52,432 nucleotides of DNA from Escherichia coli (GTDB lineage Bacteria; Pseudomonadota; Gammaproteobacteria; Enterobacterales; Enterobacteriaceae): NCBI RefSeq assembly GCF_003334315.1, contig NZ_QOWR01000029.1. The stretch is one strand, 5' to 3'. The first letter of the stretch is position 1. Each line of letters starts with the position of its first letter. Of the stretch, positions 9,851 to 22,072 are shown piece by piece. The position numbers were made by a program, and so were the translations under genes. The notes beneath the pieces are model-generated. The model did not search any database. It worked only from the letters and a program-made list of their open reading frames with translations, and was not told the origin of the DNA.

Positions 9851-10909
9851 ATGTTCGGCAATGATATTTTCACCCGCGTAAAACGTTCAGAAAATAAAAA
9901 AATGGCGGAAATCGCCCAATTCCTGCATGAAAATGATTTGAGCGTTGACACCACAGTCGAAGTATTTATTACCGTAACCCGCGATGAAAAGCTTATCGCG
10001 TGCGGTGGAATTGCCGGAAATATTATTAAATGCGTTGCTATCAGTGAATCCGTCCGCGGTGAAGGACTGGCGCTGACATTAGCCACTGAATTGATAAACC
10101 TCGCCTATGAGCGGCACAGCACGCATCTGTTTATTTATACCAAAACCGAATACGAGGCGCTGTTCCGCCAGTGCGGTTTTTCCACGCTGACCAGCGTACC
10201 CGGCGTGATGGTGCTGATGGAAAACAGCGCCACGCGACTGAAACGCTATGCCGAATCGCTGAAAAAATTTCGTCATCCAGGGAACAAGATTAGCTGCATT
10301 GTGATGAACGCCAATCCCTTTACGAATGGTCACCGTTATCTGATTCAACAGGCTGCGGCACAGTGCGACTGGTTGCATCTGTTTTTAGTCAAAGAAGATT
10401 CTTCACGCTTCCCCTATGAAGACCGGCTGGATTTGGTGTTAAAAGGCACCGCCGATATTCCACGCCTGACTGTGCATCGTGGCTCCGAATACATCATCTC
10501 CCGCGCTACGTTCCCTTGCTACTTCATTAAAGAACAGAGCGTCATTAACCATTGTTACACCGAAATTGATCTGAAGATTTTCCGTCAGTACCTCGCTCCC
10601 GCGCTGGGTGTAACTCACCGCTTTGTCGGTACTGAACCCTTTTGTCGCGTTACCGCCCAGTACAACCAGGATATGCGCTACTGGCTGGAAACGCCGACTA
10701 TCTCCGCACCGCCCATCGAACTGGTTGAAATTGAGCGGCTGCGTTACCAGGAGATGCCGATATCCGCTTCCCGGGTACGTCAACTGCTGGCGAAAAACGA
10801 TCTCACGGCTATCGCGCCGCTGGTCCCTGCAGTCACGCTGCATTATTTGCAGAACCTGCTTGAGCACTCCCGCCAGGACGCGGCAGCTCGTCAAAAGACC
10901 CCCGCATGA
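9851..10909 (+). CDS. citC: [Citrate lyase] ligase CitC
   Basis: 352 aa from MFGNDIFTRVKR. Matches recalled CitC. The upstream 29-codon extension was rejected. Confidence 0.93.
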   Translation: MFGNDIFTRVKRSENKKMAEIAQFLHENDLSVDTTVEVFITVTRDEKLIACGGIAGNIIKCVAISESVRGEGLALTLATELINLAYERHSTHLFIYTKTEYEALFRQCGFSTLTSVPGVMVLMENSATRLKRYAESLKKFRHPGNKISCIVMNANPFTNGHRYLIQQAAAQCDWLHLFLVKEDSSRFPYEDRLDLVLKGTADIPRLTVHRGSEYIISRATFPCYFIKEQSVINHCYTEIDLKIFRQYLAPALGVTHRFVGTEPFCRVTAQYNQDMRYWLETPTISAPPIELVEIERLRYQEMPISASRVRQLLAKNDLTAIAPLVPAVTLHYLQNLLEHSRQDAAARQKTPA

Positions 10910-10923
10910 GAAACAGGTGAAAA

Positions 10924-11220
10924 ATGAAAATAAACCAGCCCGCCGTTGCAGGCACCCTTGAGTCTGGGGATGTGATGATACGCATCGCCCCACTCGATAC
11001 GCAGGATATCGACCTGCAAATCAATAGCAGCGTTGAGAAACAGTTTGGCGATGCAATTCGCACCACCATTCTGGACGTTCTCGCCCGCTACAACGTGCGC
11101 GGCGTACAGCTGAATGTCGATGACAAAGGCGCACTGGACTGCATTTTACGTGCACGACTGGAAGCCCTGCTGGCACGCGCCAGCGGTATCCCGGCTCTGC
11201 CATGGGAGGATTGCCAATGA
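10924..11220 (+). CDS. citD: Citrate lyase acyl carrier protein (gamma subunit)
   Basis: 98 aa. [10 protein letters not shown] contains the prosthetic-group serine. Confidence 0.95.
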
Positions 11221-12125
11221 TTTCCGCTTCGCTGCAACAACGTAAAACTCGCACCCGCCGCAGCATGTTGTTTGTGCCTGGTGCCAATGCCGCGATGGTC
11301 AGCAACTCCTTCATCTACCCGGCTGATGCCCTGATGTTTGACCTCGAAGACTCCGTAGCATTGCGTGAAAAAGACACCGCCCGCCGCATGGTTTACCACG
11401 CGCTGCAACATCCGCTGTATCGCGATATTGAAACCATTGTGCGTGTCAACGCGCTGGATTCCGAATGGGGTGTTAACGACCTGGAAGCCGTCGTTCGCGG
11501 TGGTGCGGACGTTGTGCGTCTGCCAAAAACCGATACCGCTCAGGATGTTCTGGATATTGAAAAAGAGATCCTGCGTATCGAAAAAGCCTGTGGTCGTGAA
11601 CCCGGCAGCACCGGCCTGCTGGCGGCGATTGAATCTCCGCTGGGGATTACCCGCGCAGTGGAAATCGCTCACGCTTCCGAGCGTTTGATCGGTATCGCCC
11701 TCGGTGCAGAAGACTATGTGCGCAACCTGCGTACAGAACGCTCCCCGGAAGGAACTGAACTGCTGTTCGCACGCTGTTCCATTTTGCAGGCCGCGCGCTC
11801 TGCGGGTATTCAGGCGTTCGATACCGTCTATTCCGACGCTAACAACGAAGCCGGATTTCTGCAAGAAGCCGCCCACATCAAACAGCTGGGCTTTGACGGC
11901 AAATCGCTGATCAACCCGCGTCAGATTGATCTGCTGCACAACCTCTACGCACCGACCCAGAAAGAAGTGGATCACGCCCGCCGCGTCGTAGAAGCCGCTG
12001 AAGCCGCCGCTCGCGAAGGCCTCGGCGTGGTTTCCCTGAACGGCAAGATGGTGGACGGTCCGGTTATCGATCGCGCCCGTCTGGTGCTCTCCCGTGCAGA
12101 ACTTTCCGGCATCCGCGAAGAATAA
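11217..12125 (+). CDS. citE: Citrate lyase beta subunit (citryl-ACP lyase)
   Basis: 302 aa from [14 protein letters not shown] overlap with the citD stop. HpcH/HpaI aldolase-like fold. Confidence 0.94.
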
Positions 12126-12135
12126 GGCAATCAAA

Positions 12136-13668
12136 ATGACGCAGAAAATTGAACAATCTCAACGACAAGAACGGGTAGCGGCCTGGAATCGTCGCGCTGA
12201 ATGCGATCTTGCCGCTTTCCAGAACTCGCCAAAGCAAACCTACCAGGCTGAAAAAGCGCGCGATCGCAAACTGTGCGCCAACCTGGAAGAAGCGATTCGT
12301 CGCTCTGGTTTACAGGACGGCATGACGGTTTCCTTCCATCACGCTTTCCGTGGCGGTGACCTGACCGTCAATATGGTGATGGACGTCATCGCGAAGATGG
12401 GCTTTAAAAACCTGACCCTGGCGTCCAGCTCCCTGAGTGATTGCCATGCGCCGCTGGTAGAACACATTCGCCAGGGCGTGGTTACCCGCATTTATACCTC
12501 CGGCCTGCGTGGTCCACTGGCGGAAGAGATCTCCCGTGGTCTGCTGGCAGAACCGGTGCAGATCCACTCTCACGGCGGTCGTGTGCATCTGGTACAGAGC
12601 GGCGAACTGAATATCGACGTGACTTTCCTCGGCGTCCCGTCCTGTGATGAATTCGGTAATGCCAACGGCTACACCGGTAAAGCCTGCTGCGGCTCCCTCG
12701 GCTATGCAATGGTTGATGCCGACAACGCAAAACAGGTCGTGATGCTTACCGAAGAACTGCTGCCTTATCCGCATAATCCGGCAAGCATTGAGCAAGATCA
12801 GGTTGATTTGATCGTCAAAGTTGACCGCGTTGGCGATGCTGCAAAAATCGGCGCTGGCGCGACCCGTATGACCACTAACCCGCGCGAACTGCTTATTGCC
12901 CGTAGCGCTGCGGATGTGATTGTCAACTCTGGCTACTTCAAAGAAGGTTTCTCCATGCAAACCGGCACCGGCGGCGCATCGCTGGCGGTAACCCGTTTCC
13001 TGGAAGACAAAATGCGTAGCCGCGATATTCGCGCCGACTTCGCCCTTGGCGGTATTACCGCGACGATGGTTGACCTGCACGAAAAAGGTCTGATCCGCAA
13101 ACTGCTGGATGTGCAGAGCTTTGACAGCCATGCTGCGCAATCGCTGGCCCGTAACCCCAATCACATCGAAATCAGCGCCAACCAGTACGCTAACTGGGGT
13201 TCGAAAGGCGCATCGGTTGATCGTCTCGACGTGGTGGTACTGAGCGCGCTGGAAATTGACACCCAGTTCAACGTTAACGTGCTGACCGGCTCTGACGGCG
13301 TACTGCGTGGTGCTTCCGGTGGTCACTGCGATACCGCAATTGCCTCTGCGCTTTCCATCATCGTCGCGCCGCTGGTACGCGGTCGTATTCCGACTCTGGT
13401 GGATAACGTGCTGACCTGCATCACCCCGGGCTCCAGTGTCGATATTCTGGTCACAGACCACGGTATCGCAGTTAACCCGGCACGTCCGGAACTGGCAGAA
13501 CGTCTGCAGGAAGCGGGCATTAAAGTGGTTTCCATTGAGTGGCTGCGCGAACGTGCGCGTCTGCTGACCGGTGAACCACAGCCGATTGAATTCACCGACC
13601 GCGTCGTTGCCGTTGTGCGTTACCGCGATGGCTCGGTGATCGATGTTGTGCATCAGGTGAAGGAATAA
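12136..13668 (+). CDS. citF: Citrate lyase alpha subunit (citrate:acetyl-ACP transferase)
   Basis: 510 aa from MTQKIEQSQRQ. Matches recalled CitF. Confidence 0.94.
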   Translation: MTQKIEQSQRQERVAAWNRRAECDLAAFQNSPKQTYQAEKARDRKLCANLEEAIRRSGLQDGMTVSFHHAFRGGDLTVNMVMDVIAKMGFKNLTLASSSLSDCHAPLVEHIRQGVVTRIYTSGLRGPLAEEISRGLLAEPVQIHSHGGRVHLVQSGELNIDVTFLGVPSCDEFGNANGYTGKACCGSLGYAMVDADNAKQVVMLTEELLPYPHNPASIEQDQVDLIVKVDRVGDAAKIGAGATRMTTNPRELLIARSAADVIVNSGYFKEGFSMQTGTGGASLAVTRFLEDKMRSRDIRADFALGGITATMVDLHEKGLIRKLLDVQSFDSHAAQSLARNPNHIEISANQYANWGSKGASVDRLDVVVLSALEIDTQFNVNVLTGSDGVLRGASGGHCDTAIASALSIIVAPLVRGRIPTLVDNVLTCITPGSSVDILVTDHGIAVNPARPELAERLQEAGIKVVSIEWLRERARLLTGEPQPIEFTDRVVAVVRYRDGSVIDVVHQVKE

Positions 13669-13671
13669 GCC

Positions 13672-15076
<1,405 letters not shown>

Positions 15077-15126
15077 TTATTTAAGCACTTGATAAATTTG
15101 GAAATATTAATTTTCGGAGAACCCGT

Positions 15127-16590
15127 ATGTCTTTAGCAAAAGATAATATATGGAAACTATTGGCCCCACTGGTGGTGATGGGTGTCATGTTTCTTATCCC
15201 TGTCCCCGACGGTATGCCGCCGCAGGCATGGCATTACTTCGCTGTGTTTGTGGCAATGATTGTCGGCATGATCCTCGAGCCAATTCCGGCAACAGCGATC
15301 AGTTTTATTGCGGTTACTATTTGCGTTATTGGCAGTAATTACCTGCTCTTTGATGCCAAAGAATTAGCTGACCCAGCGTTTAATGCGCAAAAACAGGCGC
15401 TGAAATGGGGCCTGGCTGGTTTTTCCAGCACCACGGTATGGCTGGTATTTGGCGCATTTATTTTTGCATTAGGGTATGAAGTTTCCGGGTTAGGTCGTCG
15501 CATTGCACTTTTCCTGGTGAAATTCATGGGCAAACGCACGCTGACGTTGGGTTATGCGATTGTCATTATCGACATTCTGCTGGCACCGTTTACACCTTCC
15601 AACACCGCGCGTACCGGGGGTACGGTTTTTCCGGTCATTAAAAACCTGCCGCCGTTGTTTAAATCATTCCCGAACGATCCGTCCGCGCGTCGTATTGGCG
15701 GCTATTTGATGTGGATGATGGTCATTAGTACCAGTCTGAGTTCGTCCATGTTTGTCACCGGTGCGGCACCAAACGTGCTGGGTCTGGAGTTCGTCAGCAA
15801 AATTGCCGGTATCCAGATTAGCTGGTTGCAGTGGTTCCTCTGCTTCCTGCCGGTTGGGGTTATCTTGCTTATCATTGCGCCGTGGCTTTCCTACGTGCTG
15901 TACAAACCGGAAATCACACACAGTGAAGAAGTGGCAACCTGGGCGGGTGATGAACTGAAAACCATGGGTGCGCTGACACGCAGAGAGTGGACACTGATTG
16001 GCCTTGTATTGCTCAGCTTAGGTTTGTGGGTATTTGGCAGTGAAGTCATTAATGCTACTGCGGTTGGTCTGCTGGCAGTTTCGCTAATGCTGGCCCTGCA
16101 CGTTGTGCCTTGGAAAGACATTACCCGCTATAACAGCGCATGGAACACACTGGTCAACCTGGCAACTCTGGTTGTGATGGCTAACGGCCTGACTCGTTCT
16201 GGTTTTATTGACTGGTTCGCCGGTACCATGAGTACGCACCTGGAAGGATTCTCACCAAACGCAACGGTGATTGTACTGGTTCTGGTGTTCTACTTTGCAC
16301 ACTACCTGTTTGCCAGCCTGTCTGCGCACACCGCAACCATGCTGCCGGTTATTCTGGCCGTCGGTAAAGGTATTCCGGGCGTACCAATGGAACAACTGTG
16401 TATCCTGCTGGTGCTGTCTATCGGTATCATGGGCTGTCTGACGCCGTATGCAACCGGTCCTGGGGTGATTATTTACGGCTGTGGCTATGTGAAATCAAAA
16501 GATTACTGGCGTCTTGGCGCAATCTTCGGGGTGATTTACATCTCTATGTTGCTGTTGGTTGGCTGGCCGATTCTCGCCATGTGGAACTAA
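15127..16590 (+). CDS. citT: Citrate/succinate antiporter CitT (DASS family)
   Basis: 487 aa polytopic membrane protein, 50 nt downstream of citG. Matches recalled CitT. Confidence 0.95.
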   Translation: MSLAKDNIWKLLAPLVVMGVMFLIPVPDGMPPQAWHYFAVFVAMIVGMILEPIPATAISFIAVTICVIGSNYLLFDAKELADPAFNAQKQALKWGLAGFSSTTVWLVFGAFIFALGYEVSGLGRRIALFLVKFMGKRTLTLGYAIVIIDILLAPFTPSNTARTGGTVFPVIKNLPPLFKSFPNDPSARRIGGYLMWMMVISTSLSSSMFVTGAAPNVLGLEFVSKIAGIQISWLQWFLCFLPVGVILLIIAPWLSYVLYKPEITHSEEVATWAGDELKTMGALTRREWTLIGLVLLSLGLWVFGSEVINATAVGLLAVSLMLALHVVPWKDITRYNSAWNTLVNLATLVVMANGLTRSGFIDWFAGTMSTHLEGFSPNATVIVLVLVFYFAHYLFASLSAHTATMLPVILAVGKGIPGVPMEQLCILLVLSIGIMGCLTPYATGPGVIIYGCGYVKSKDYWRLGAIFGVIYISMLLLVGWPILAMWN

Positions 16591-16621
16591 TACGTTCGCC
16601 AAACGCTGAATAAATCATCAC

Positions 16622-16655
16622 GCCCGCCAGGTAAGCCCACCTGGCGGGCTTTTTT
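16622..16655 (+). terminator. Rho-independent terminator after citT
   Basis: gcccgccaggt-aagccc-acctggcgggc followed by tttttt: an 11-bp perfect stem. Confidence 0.88.
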
Positions 16656-16703
16656 ATGATTTAATAGATAGTATTCAGTGTATGTATGAGTTCCACACCC
16701 ATT

Positions 16704-17510
16704 ATGAAAGCATTCTGGCGTAACGCCGCGTTGCTCGCGGTTTCTCTGCTTCCCTTCTCTTCTGCCAACGCCTTAGCGTTGCAGGCAAAACAGTATGGCG
16801 ATTTTGATCGCTATGTCCTGGCCCTCTCCTGGCAAACCGGATTTTGCCAGAGTCAACACGATCGAAATCGTAACGAACGAGATGAATGTCGCCTGCAAAC
16901 CGAAACGACCAACAAAGCTGATTTTCTGACCGTACATGGTCTGTGGCCAGGATTGCCTAAATCGGTTGCTGCCCGTGGTGTTGATGAACGCCGCTGGATG
17001 CGCTTCGGTTGCGCTACTCGCCCAATCCCGAATCTACCAGAAGCGCGCGCCAGCCGAATGTGTTCATCGCCGGAAACCGGATTATCACTGGAAACGGCCG
17101 CTAAACTAAGTGAAGTCATGCCAGGAGCTGGCGGACGTTCCTGCCTGGAACGCTACGAATATGCCAAACACGGTGCCTGCTTTGGTTTTGATCCGGACGC
17201 ATACTTCGGTACGATGGTACGCCTGAATCAAGAAATTAAAGAGAGCGAAGCCGGAAAATTCCTTGCGGATAATTACGGTAAAACAGTGAGCCGCCGTGAC
17301 TTTGACGCCGCCTTTGCCAAAAGCTGGGGAAAAGAGAACGTGAAAGCAGTTAAGCTAACGTGCCAGGGTAACCCTGCGTATTTGACTGAAATTCAGATCT
17401 CGATCAAAGCTGACGCCATCAACGCTCCGCTTTCTGCAAACTCATTCTTGCCACAACCTCACCCAGGTAACTGTGGCAAAACCTTTGTGATTGATAAAGC
17501 GGGTTATTAA
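16704..17510 (+). CDS. rna: Periplasmic ribonuclease I (RNase T2 family)
   Basis: 268 aa from MKAFWRNAALLAVSLLPFSSANA signal peptide. T2 motifs TVHGLWPG and EYAKHGACF. Confidence 0.95.
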   Translation: MKAFWRNAALLAVSLLPFSSANALALQAKQYGDFDRYVLALSWQTGFCQSQHDRNRNERDECRLQTETTNKADFLTVHGLWPGLPKSVAARGVDERRWMRFGCATRPIPNLPEARASRMCSSPETGLSLETAAKLSEVMPGAGGRSCLERYEYAKHGACFGFDPDAYFGTMVRLNQEIKESEAGKFLADNYGKTVSRRDFDAAFAKSWGKENVKAVKLTCQGNPAYLTEIQISIKADAINAPLSANSFLPQPHPGNCGKTFVIDKAGY

Positions 17511-17602
17511 TCATCTGATTTACAAAACACGCTAATTCGTCTTCCATAAACCAAGGCGATTAAGATTTATACATAATGCGCTGCATTGAGGAATTCCCTG
17601 AA

Positions 17603-17618
17603 TGTGACGCAAATCACT
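17603..17618 (+). promoter_or_regulatory. CRP-like site TGTGA-N6-TCACt in the rna-rnk spacer
   Basis: aaTGTGAcgcaaaTCACTtc matches 9/10 core positions. tatcat at 17641-17646 is spaced as for a class II promoter. Function untested. Confidence 0.3.
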
Positions 17619-17657
17619 TCAAAGAGTGAGCAACAGTCAGTATCATCATGTGAGTTA

Positions 17658-17691
17658 AACCCTCGCCGCCTGACGGTGAGGGTTTTCTTTT
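17658..17691 (+). terminator. Terminator-like hairpin between rna and rnk
   Basis: aaccctcgcc-gcctgac-ggtgagggtt (10 bp including one G-U pair) followed by ttcttt t. Lies 148 nt after the rna stop and 49 nt before the rnk ATG. Confidence 0.55.
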
Positions 17692-17739
17692 GGGTATGTT
17701 TATCTGCGACACTCGCAGCACCGACGACATGGAGTAAAA

Positions 17740-18150
17740 ATGTCCAGACCAACTATCATCATTAACGACCTGGATGCCGAACGCATCGATATTCTGCTGG
17801 AGCAACCCGCCTATGCTGGTTTGCCAATCGCCGACGCGTTAAACGCAGAGTTGGATCGCGCCCAAATGTGTTCGCCAGAAGAGATGCCACACGACGTGGT
17901 GACAATGAACAGCCGGGTTAAATTCCGCAATCTTAGCGATGGCGAAGTGCGTGTGCGCACGCTGGTGTATCCGGCAAAAATGACCGATAGCAATACTCAG
18001 CTTTCCGTTATGGCTCCGGTAGGTGCCGCACTGCTGGGGCTGCGCGTTGGCGATTCCATTCACTGGGAACTTCCGGGCGGCGTTGCAACCCACCTTGAAG
18101 TGCTGGAACTCGAATACCAGCCAGAAGCTGCTGGCGACTACCTGCTTTAA
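17740..18150 (+). CDS. rnk: Regulator of nucleoside diphosphate kinase (GreA/GreB C-terminal-domain-like)
   Basis: 136 aa. GGAG Shine-Dalgarno (SD) sequence 5 nt upstream. Matches recalled Rnk. Confidence 0.95.
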
Positions 18151-18183
18151 TCCCATCTGCACAAGCGATAACTCGCTTTGCCC

Positions 18184-18207
18184 AGAGGATGCACTCGCAT
18201 CCTCTTT
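18184..18207 (+). terminator. Hairpin after rnk
   Basis: agaggatgc-actc-gcatcctct followed by ttacg. The T-run is short. Confidence 0.45.
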
Positions 18208-18287
18208 ACGCAAAATCAGCAATTTTTCCTGGTTCTCACTGTTCACTTTTGCTGCAAAATTATTCCGTTTCGTTTGTGGGAATAACC

Positions 18288-18377
18288 ATGGCAGAAGCAT
18301 TTTACATCCTGATAGGATTTCTGATTATGGCGGCGATTATCGTCATGGCTGTCCTTTACCTCGAAAACCACTCCTGA
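18288..18377 (+). CDS. Candidate 29-aa single-TM small protein MAEAFYILIGFLIMAAIIVMAVLYLENHS
   Basis: ATG at 18288 lies within the longer 62-aa track ORF. There is one clean hydrophobic helix and a weak SD (ggga) 6 nt upstream. The stop lies 3 nt before the ybdR stop on the other strand. I vaguely recall a K-12 small-protein annotation here but cannot verify it. Confidence 0.4.
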   Translation: MAEAFYILIGFLIMAAIIVMAVLYLENHS

Positions 18378-18380
18378 CGA

Positions 18381-19619
18381 TCATATTGTTCCCCCCGGCA
18401 TCGCATTCACTAGACCTGAAACCGCCTTCTGCGCCGCCTCTGCGCTTTGTGCACCGGGTACCAGAATCACCTTACGGCACTCCTCTTCACGTTTTTCGAA
18501 AATCTCATATCCCCGGGCGGCCTCTTCAAACGGCATATAGTGGGTAACAATTTCTTCTGGTTTCAGTAATCCTTTCTCAATTAACGGTAATAATTCTCCC
18601 AGCCATGCGTGAACGTGGGTCTGTCCCATTTTAAACGACAACCCTTTATCAAAGGCGTCGCCAAACAGGAAACCGTGAATAAATCCAGCGTAGACGCCCG
18701 GTACGCTAACAATGCCGCCACGCCTGACCGCCGCAATACACTGACGCAACGCTTTACCGCTGCTGCCCTCCAGTTTCAGGTTAGTCAGCACCGTTTCCGT
18801 GGTGCTGCCTTTCGCTTCAAAACCGACGGCGTCTATTACTGCATCCACGCCCCGGTGACCTGCCGTTTGTTCAATAATTGACTGTGCCGGATCGCTGTCT
18901 TCATCAAAATTAATCGGGATCGCGCCGTAGCGGTCGGCGGCGAAATGCAAGCGGTAGGGATGATGATCAACAACAAAAATCTGTTCCGCACCGAGCAACC
19001 GTGCACAGGCGATTGTCAACAATCCCACAGGACCAGCACCATAGACTGCAACGCTTGAACCTTGTTGGATCTGCGCATTTTTTGCTGCCTGCCATGCCGT
19101 TGGCAGAATATCAGAAAGGAAAAGCGCTTTATCATCTGAAAGCAAAGGCGGTACTTTAAACGGCCCCACATTCCCTTTAGGGACGCGGACATATTCCGCC
19201 TGCCCACCAGGAACGCCGCCATACAGGTGACTATAACCAAACAATGCCGCGGGAGCTGGTATCTGTTTTTTATTGAGCGCAGCGCCTTTACCCGCATTGG
19301 TATTTTCGCAGGCGGCATATTGCTGTAATCGACAGAAAAAACAGTCGCCACAAGCAATGACAAACGGAATTACCACCCGGTCGCCTTTTTGCAAATTTTT
19401 TACGTCCTTTCCGGTTTCAACGACTTCCCCCATAAATTCATGACCAAAAATATCGCCATGTTTAACCTGGGGTATTTTGCCTCGATAAAGATGGAGGTCA
19501 GAGCCACAGATCGCCGTTGCCGTAATACGCAGAATAATATCATCTGCCTGTTCAATGCCCGGATCGGGAACATTTTCTACCTGAACGTGATGTGGGCCGT
19601 GATAAGTCAATGCTTTCAT
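18381..19619 (-). CDS. ybdR: Zn-dependent medium-chain alcohol dehydrogenase-like oxidoreductase
   Basis: 412 aa. GHEFMGEV zinc motif, structural Cys cluster CGDCFFC, GAGPVG Rossmann motif. Confidence 0.93.
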   Translation of the reverse strand: MKALTYHGPHHVQVENVPDPGIEQADDIILRITATAICGSDLHLYRGKIPQVKHGDIFGHEFMGEVVETGKDVKNLQKGDRVVIPFVIACGDCFFCRLQQYAACENTNAGKGAALNKKQIPAPAALFGYSHLYGGVPGGQAEYVRVPKGNVGPFKVPPLLSDDKALFLSDILPTAWQAAKNAQIQQGSSVAVYGAGPVGLLTIACARLLGAEQIFVVDHHPYRLHFAADRYGAIPINFDEDSDPAQSIIEQTAGHRGVDAVIDAVGFEAKGSTTETVLTNLKLEGSSGKALRQCIAAVRRGGIVSVPGVYAGFIHGFLFGDAFDKGLSFKMGQTHVHAWLGELLPLIEKGLLKPEEIVTHYMPFEEAARGYEIFEKREEECRKVILVPGAQSAEAAQKAVSGLVNAMPGGTI

Positions 19620-19839
19620 GCAACCTCCAGAGACAGTTCAAAAAAGAGTCAGTCTTTAAGGGTAGCTATCACAGCGGGAAAACGGGCGGTACCGCAGGTT
19701 TTGGGAGAATTCCTGGTGTTCAGTGAGAATATATTAATCACAGAAACCGTTCGTAAGGAAAAAGAACCAGACAAATATCAGGGATAAATATTATAATCAT
19801 GGCGAATGATTTGTTCATGATTAACAGGGAGAAAGGGTT

Positions 19840-20268
19840 ATGTATAAGACAATCATTATGCCAGTTGATGTATTTGAAATGGAATTGAGCGACAAAGCTG
19901 TTCGCCACGCTGAATTCCTCGCCCAGGATGACGGAGTTATTCATCTACTTCACGTACTACCCGGGTCAGCCAGCCTGAGCCTGCACCGTTTTGCCGCTGA
20001 TGTGCGTCGTTTTGAAGAGCATCTGCAACATGAAGCACAAGAACGTCTGCAAACGATGGTCAGCCACTTCACCATCGATCCTTCCCGCATTAAACAACAT
20101 GTCCGTTTTGGTAGCGTACGGGATGAAGTCAATGAGTTGGCAGAAGAACTGGGGGCTGATGTTGTAGTTATTGGTTCTCGCAACCCATCGATTTCGACCC
20201 ATCTGTTAGGTTCTAACGCCTCGAGCGTGATCCGCCACGCCAATCTGCCGGTGCTGGTTGTGCGTTAA
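19840..20268 (+). CDS. uspG: Universal stress protein G
   Basis: 142 aa Usp domain (VVIGSRNPS...[18 protein letters not shown]). Matches recalled UspG/YbdQ. Confidence 0.95.
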
Positions 20269-20284
20269 TTGCCAGAATAAGTAT

Positions 20285-20321
20285 CCCGCCCTGCCCGGAG
20301 CCATCCCGGCGGGGCTTTTTA
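20285..20321 (+). terminator. Probable terminator after uspG
   Basis: GC-rich imperfect hairpin cccgccctgcccggagccatcccggcgggg followed by cttttt. Confidence 0.5.
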
Positions 20322-20327
20322 ATGCCA

Positions 20328-20360
20328 TAAAAAAGCCGCCAGGTTTGACCCCGGCGGCTA
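20328..20360 (-). terminator. Rho-independent terminator after ahpF
   Basis: On the minus strand: agccgccgggg-tcaaacc-tggcggct followed by ttttt. Confidence 0.7.
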
Positions 20361-20388
20361 AGCAATTGCAGGTGAATCTTACTTCTTC

Positions 20389-21954
20389 TTATGCAGTTTT
20401 GGTGCGAATCAGGTAGTCAAAAGCACTCAGAGAGGCTTTGGCACCTTCGCCAGTGGCGATGATGATCTGCTTGTACGGAACCGTCGTACAGTCACCCGCT
20501 GCGAACACGCCTTTCACGTTGGTTTCGCATTTCGCATCAATGATAATCTCGCCCATGCGGTTACGTTCGACTGCGCCTTCGAGCCAGTTGGTGTTCGGCA
20601 GCAGACCAATCTGGACGAAAATACCGGCCAGTTCGATGTTGTGAATATCGCCGCTGACACGATCTCGATATTCCAGACCAACGACTTTGCTGCCGTCGCC
20701 TTTCACTTCCGTGGTTTGCGCATTCAGAATAATGTCGACGTTTTTCAGGCTGCGCAGTTTGTCCTGCAGAACCTGGTCGGCTTTCATTTCTGGCGCAAAT
20801 TCCAGCAGCGTTACGTGCTCAACGATACCCGCCAGGTCAATTGCCGCTTCCACGCCGGAGTTACCGCCGCCGATAACCGCTACGCGTTTACCTTTAAACA
20901 GCGGGCCGTCGCAGTGCGGGCAGTAGGTCACGCCTTTGGTGCGATACTGATCTTCGCCCGGAACGTTCATGTTGCGCCATTTTGCACCGGTCGCCACGAT
21001 AATGCTGCGTGCTTTCAGTACCGCGCCAGAAGCTGTTTCAATCTGATGCAGACCACCTTCAACTGCTGCTGGGATCAGTTTGCTGGCGCTCTGGCTGTCG
21101 ATCACATCAACGTCGTATTCATCAACGTGAACTTTCAGTGCGCCTGCCAGCTTCTGCCCTTCAGTCTTCGGTACAGAAATGTAGTTTTCGATATCAACGG
21201 TATCGAGGATCTGACCACCAAAACGTTCGCCCATCAGACCGGTACGGATGCCTTTACGTGCGGAGTAAATTGCTGCCGCTGCACCCGCCGGGCCGGAACC
21301 GACGATTAATACGTCATAAGCATCACGCTTGTTCAGCTCTTCTGCCGCACGTTTTTCCGCGCCAGTATCAATTTTGGCAACGATTTCAGTCAACGTCATG
21401 CGGCCCTGACCAAACTCTTTCCCGTTTACGAACACTGCCGGAACGCCCATCACGTTGCGATCGGTGATTTCGTTCTGGAAGGTGCCGCCGTCAATTGCAG
21501 TGTGCTTGATGCGCGGGTTCAGTACGCTCATCAGGTTCAGCGCCTGCACCACGTCCGGGCAGTTGTGGCAAGAGAGCGAGTAATAGGTTTCGAATTCAAA
21601 ATCACCGTCAATATGGCGAATCTGCTCCAGCAGAGACTGCGCTTCTTTCGACGGATGACCACCGGTCCACAGCAACGCCAGTACCAGCGAGGTGAACTCG
21701 TGGCCCAGCGGGGAGCCTGCAAAACGTGGCCCCTGGTTGGAACCTGGGTTGGTGATCAGGAAAGACGGCTTACGCACCGGCAAGCTGTTATCTTCTTTAA
21801 AGGTGACTTTGTCTGACAGTTCTGCGATTTCAGCCAACAGTTCCTTGATTTCTGCCGATTTAGCGCTGTCATCCAGCGTGGCAATTAACTCAACAGGCTT
21901 GGTCAATTTCTCAAGGTAAGCCTTGAGTTGAGTTTTCATATTTGTGTCGAGCAT
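20389..21954 (-). CDS. ahpF: Alkyl hydroperoxide reductase subunit F
   Basis: 521 aa from [13 protein letters not shown]. Redox motifs CHNCPD and CPHCDG, FAD/NAD GxGxxG motifs. The 10-codon upstream extension was rejected. Confidence 0.95.
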
Positions 21955-22034
21955 GTTTATCTCCTGGGCTTTAAACATCATCATGCAAGCGGCCTCTGCG
22001 GCTACCTGGATGCAGCTTGCATCATGGTGCGGGG

Positions 22035-22060
22035 AAGAAAATCGGGTGCCGCAGCACCCG
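22035..22060 (-). terminator. Internal hairpin with U-tract in the ahpC-ahpF spacer (possible partial terminator)
   Basis: Perfect 7-bp stem cgggtgc-nnnn-gcacccg. On the minus strand it is followed by attttctt. Confidence 0.45.
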
Positions 22061-22072
22061 AAGAATTAGGTG

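Noticed and set aside
15077-17739. A Cit+ type tandem amplification of citT-rna-rnk.
   Set aside because: Each gene is present once and no rnk-citG junction sequence exists in the window.
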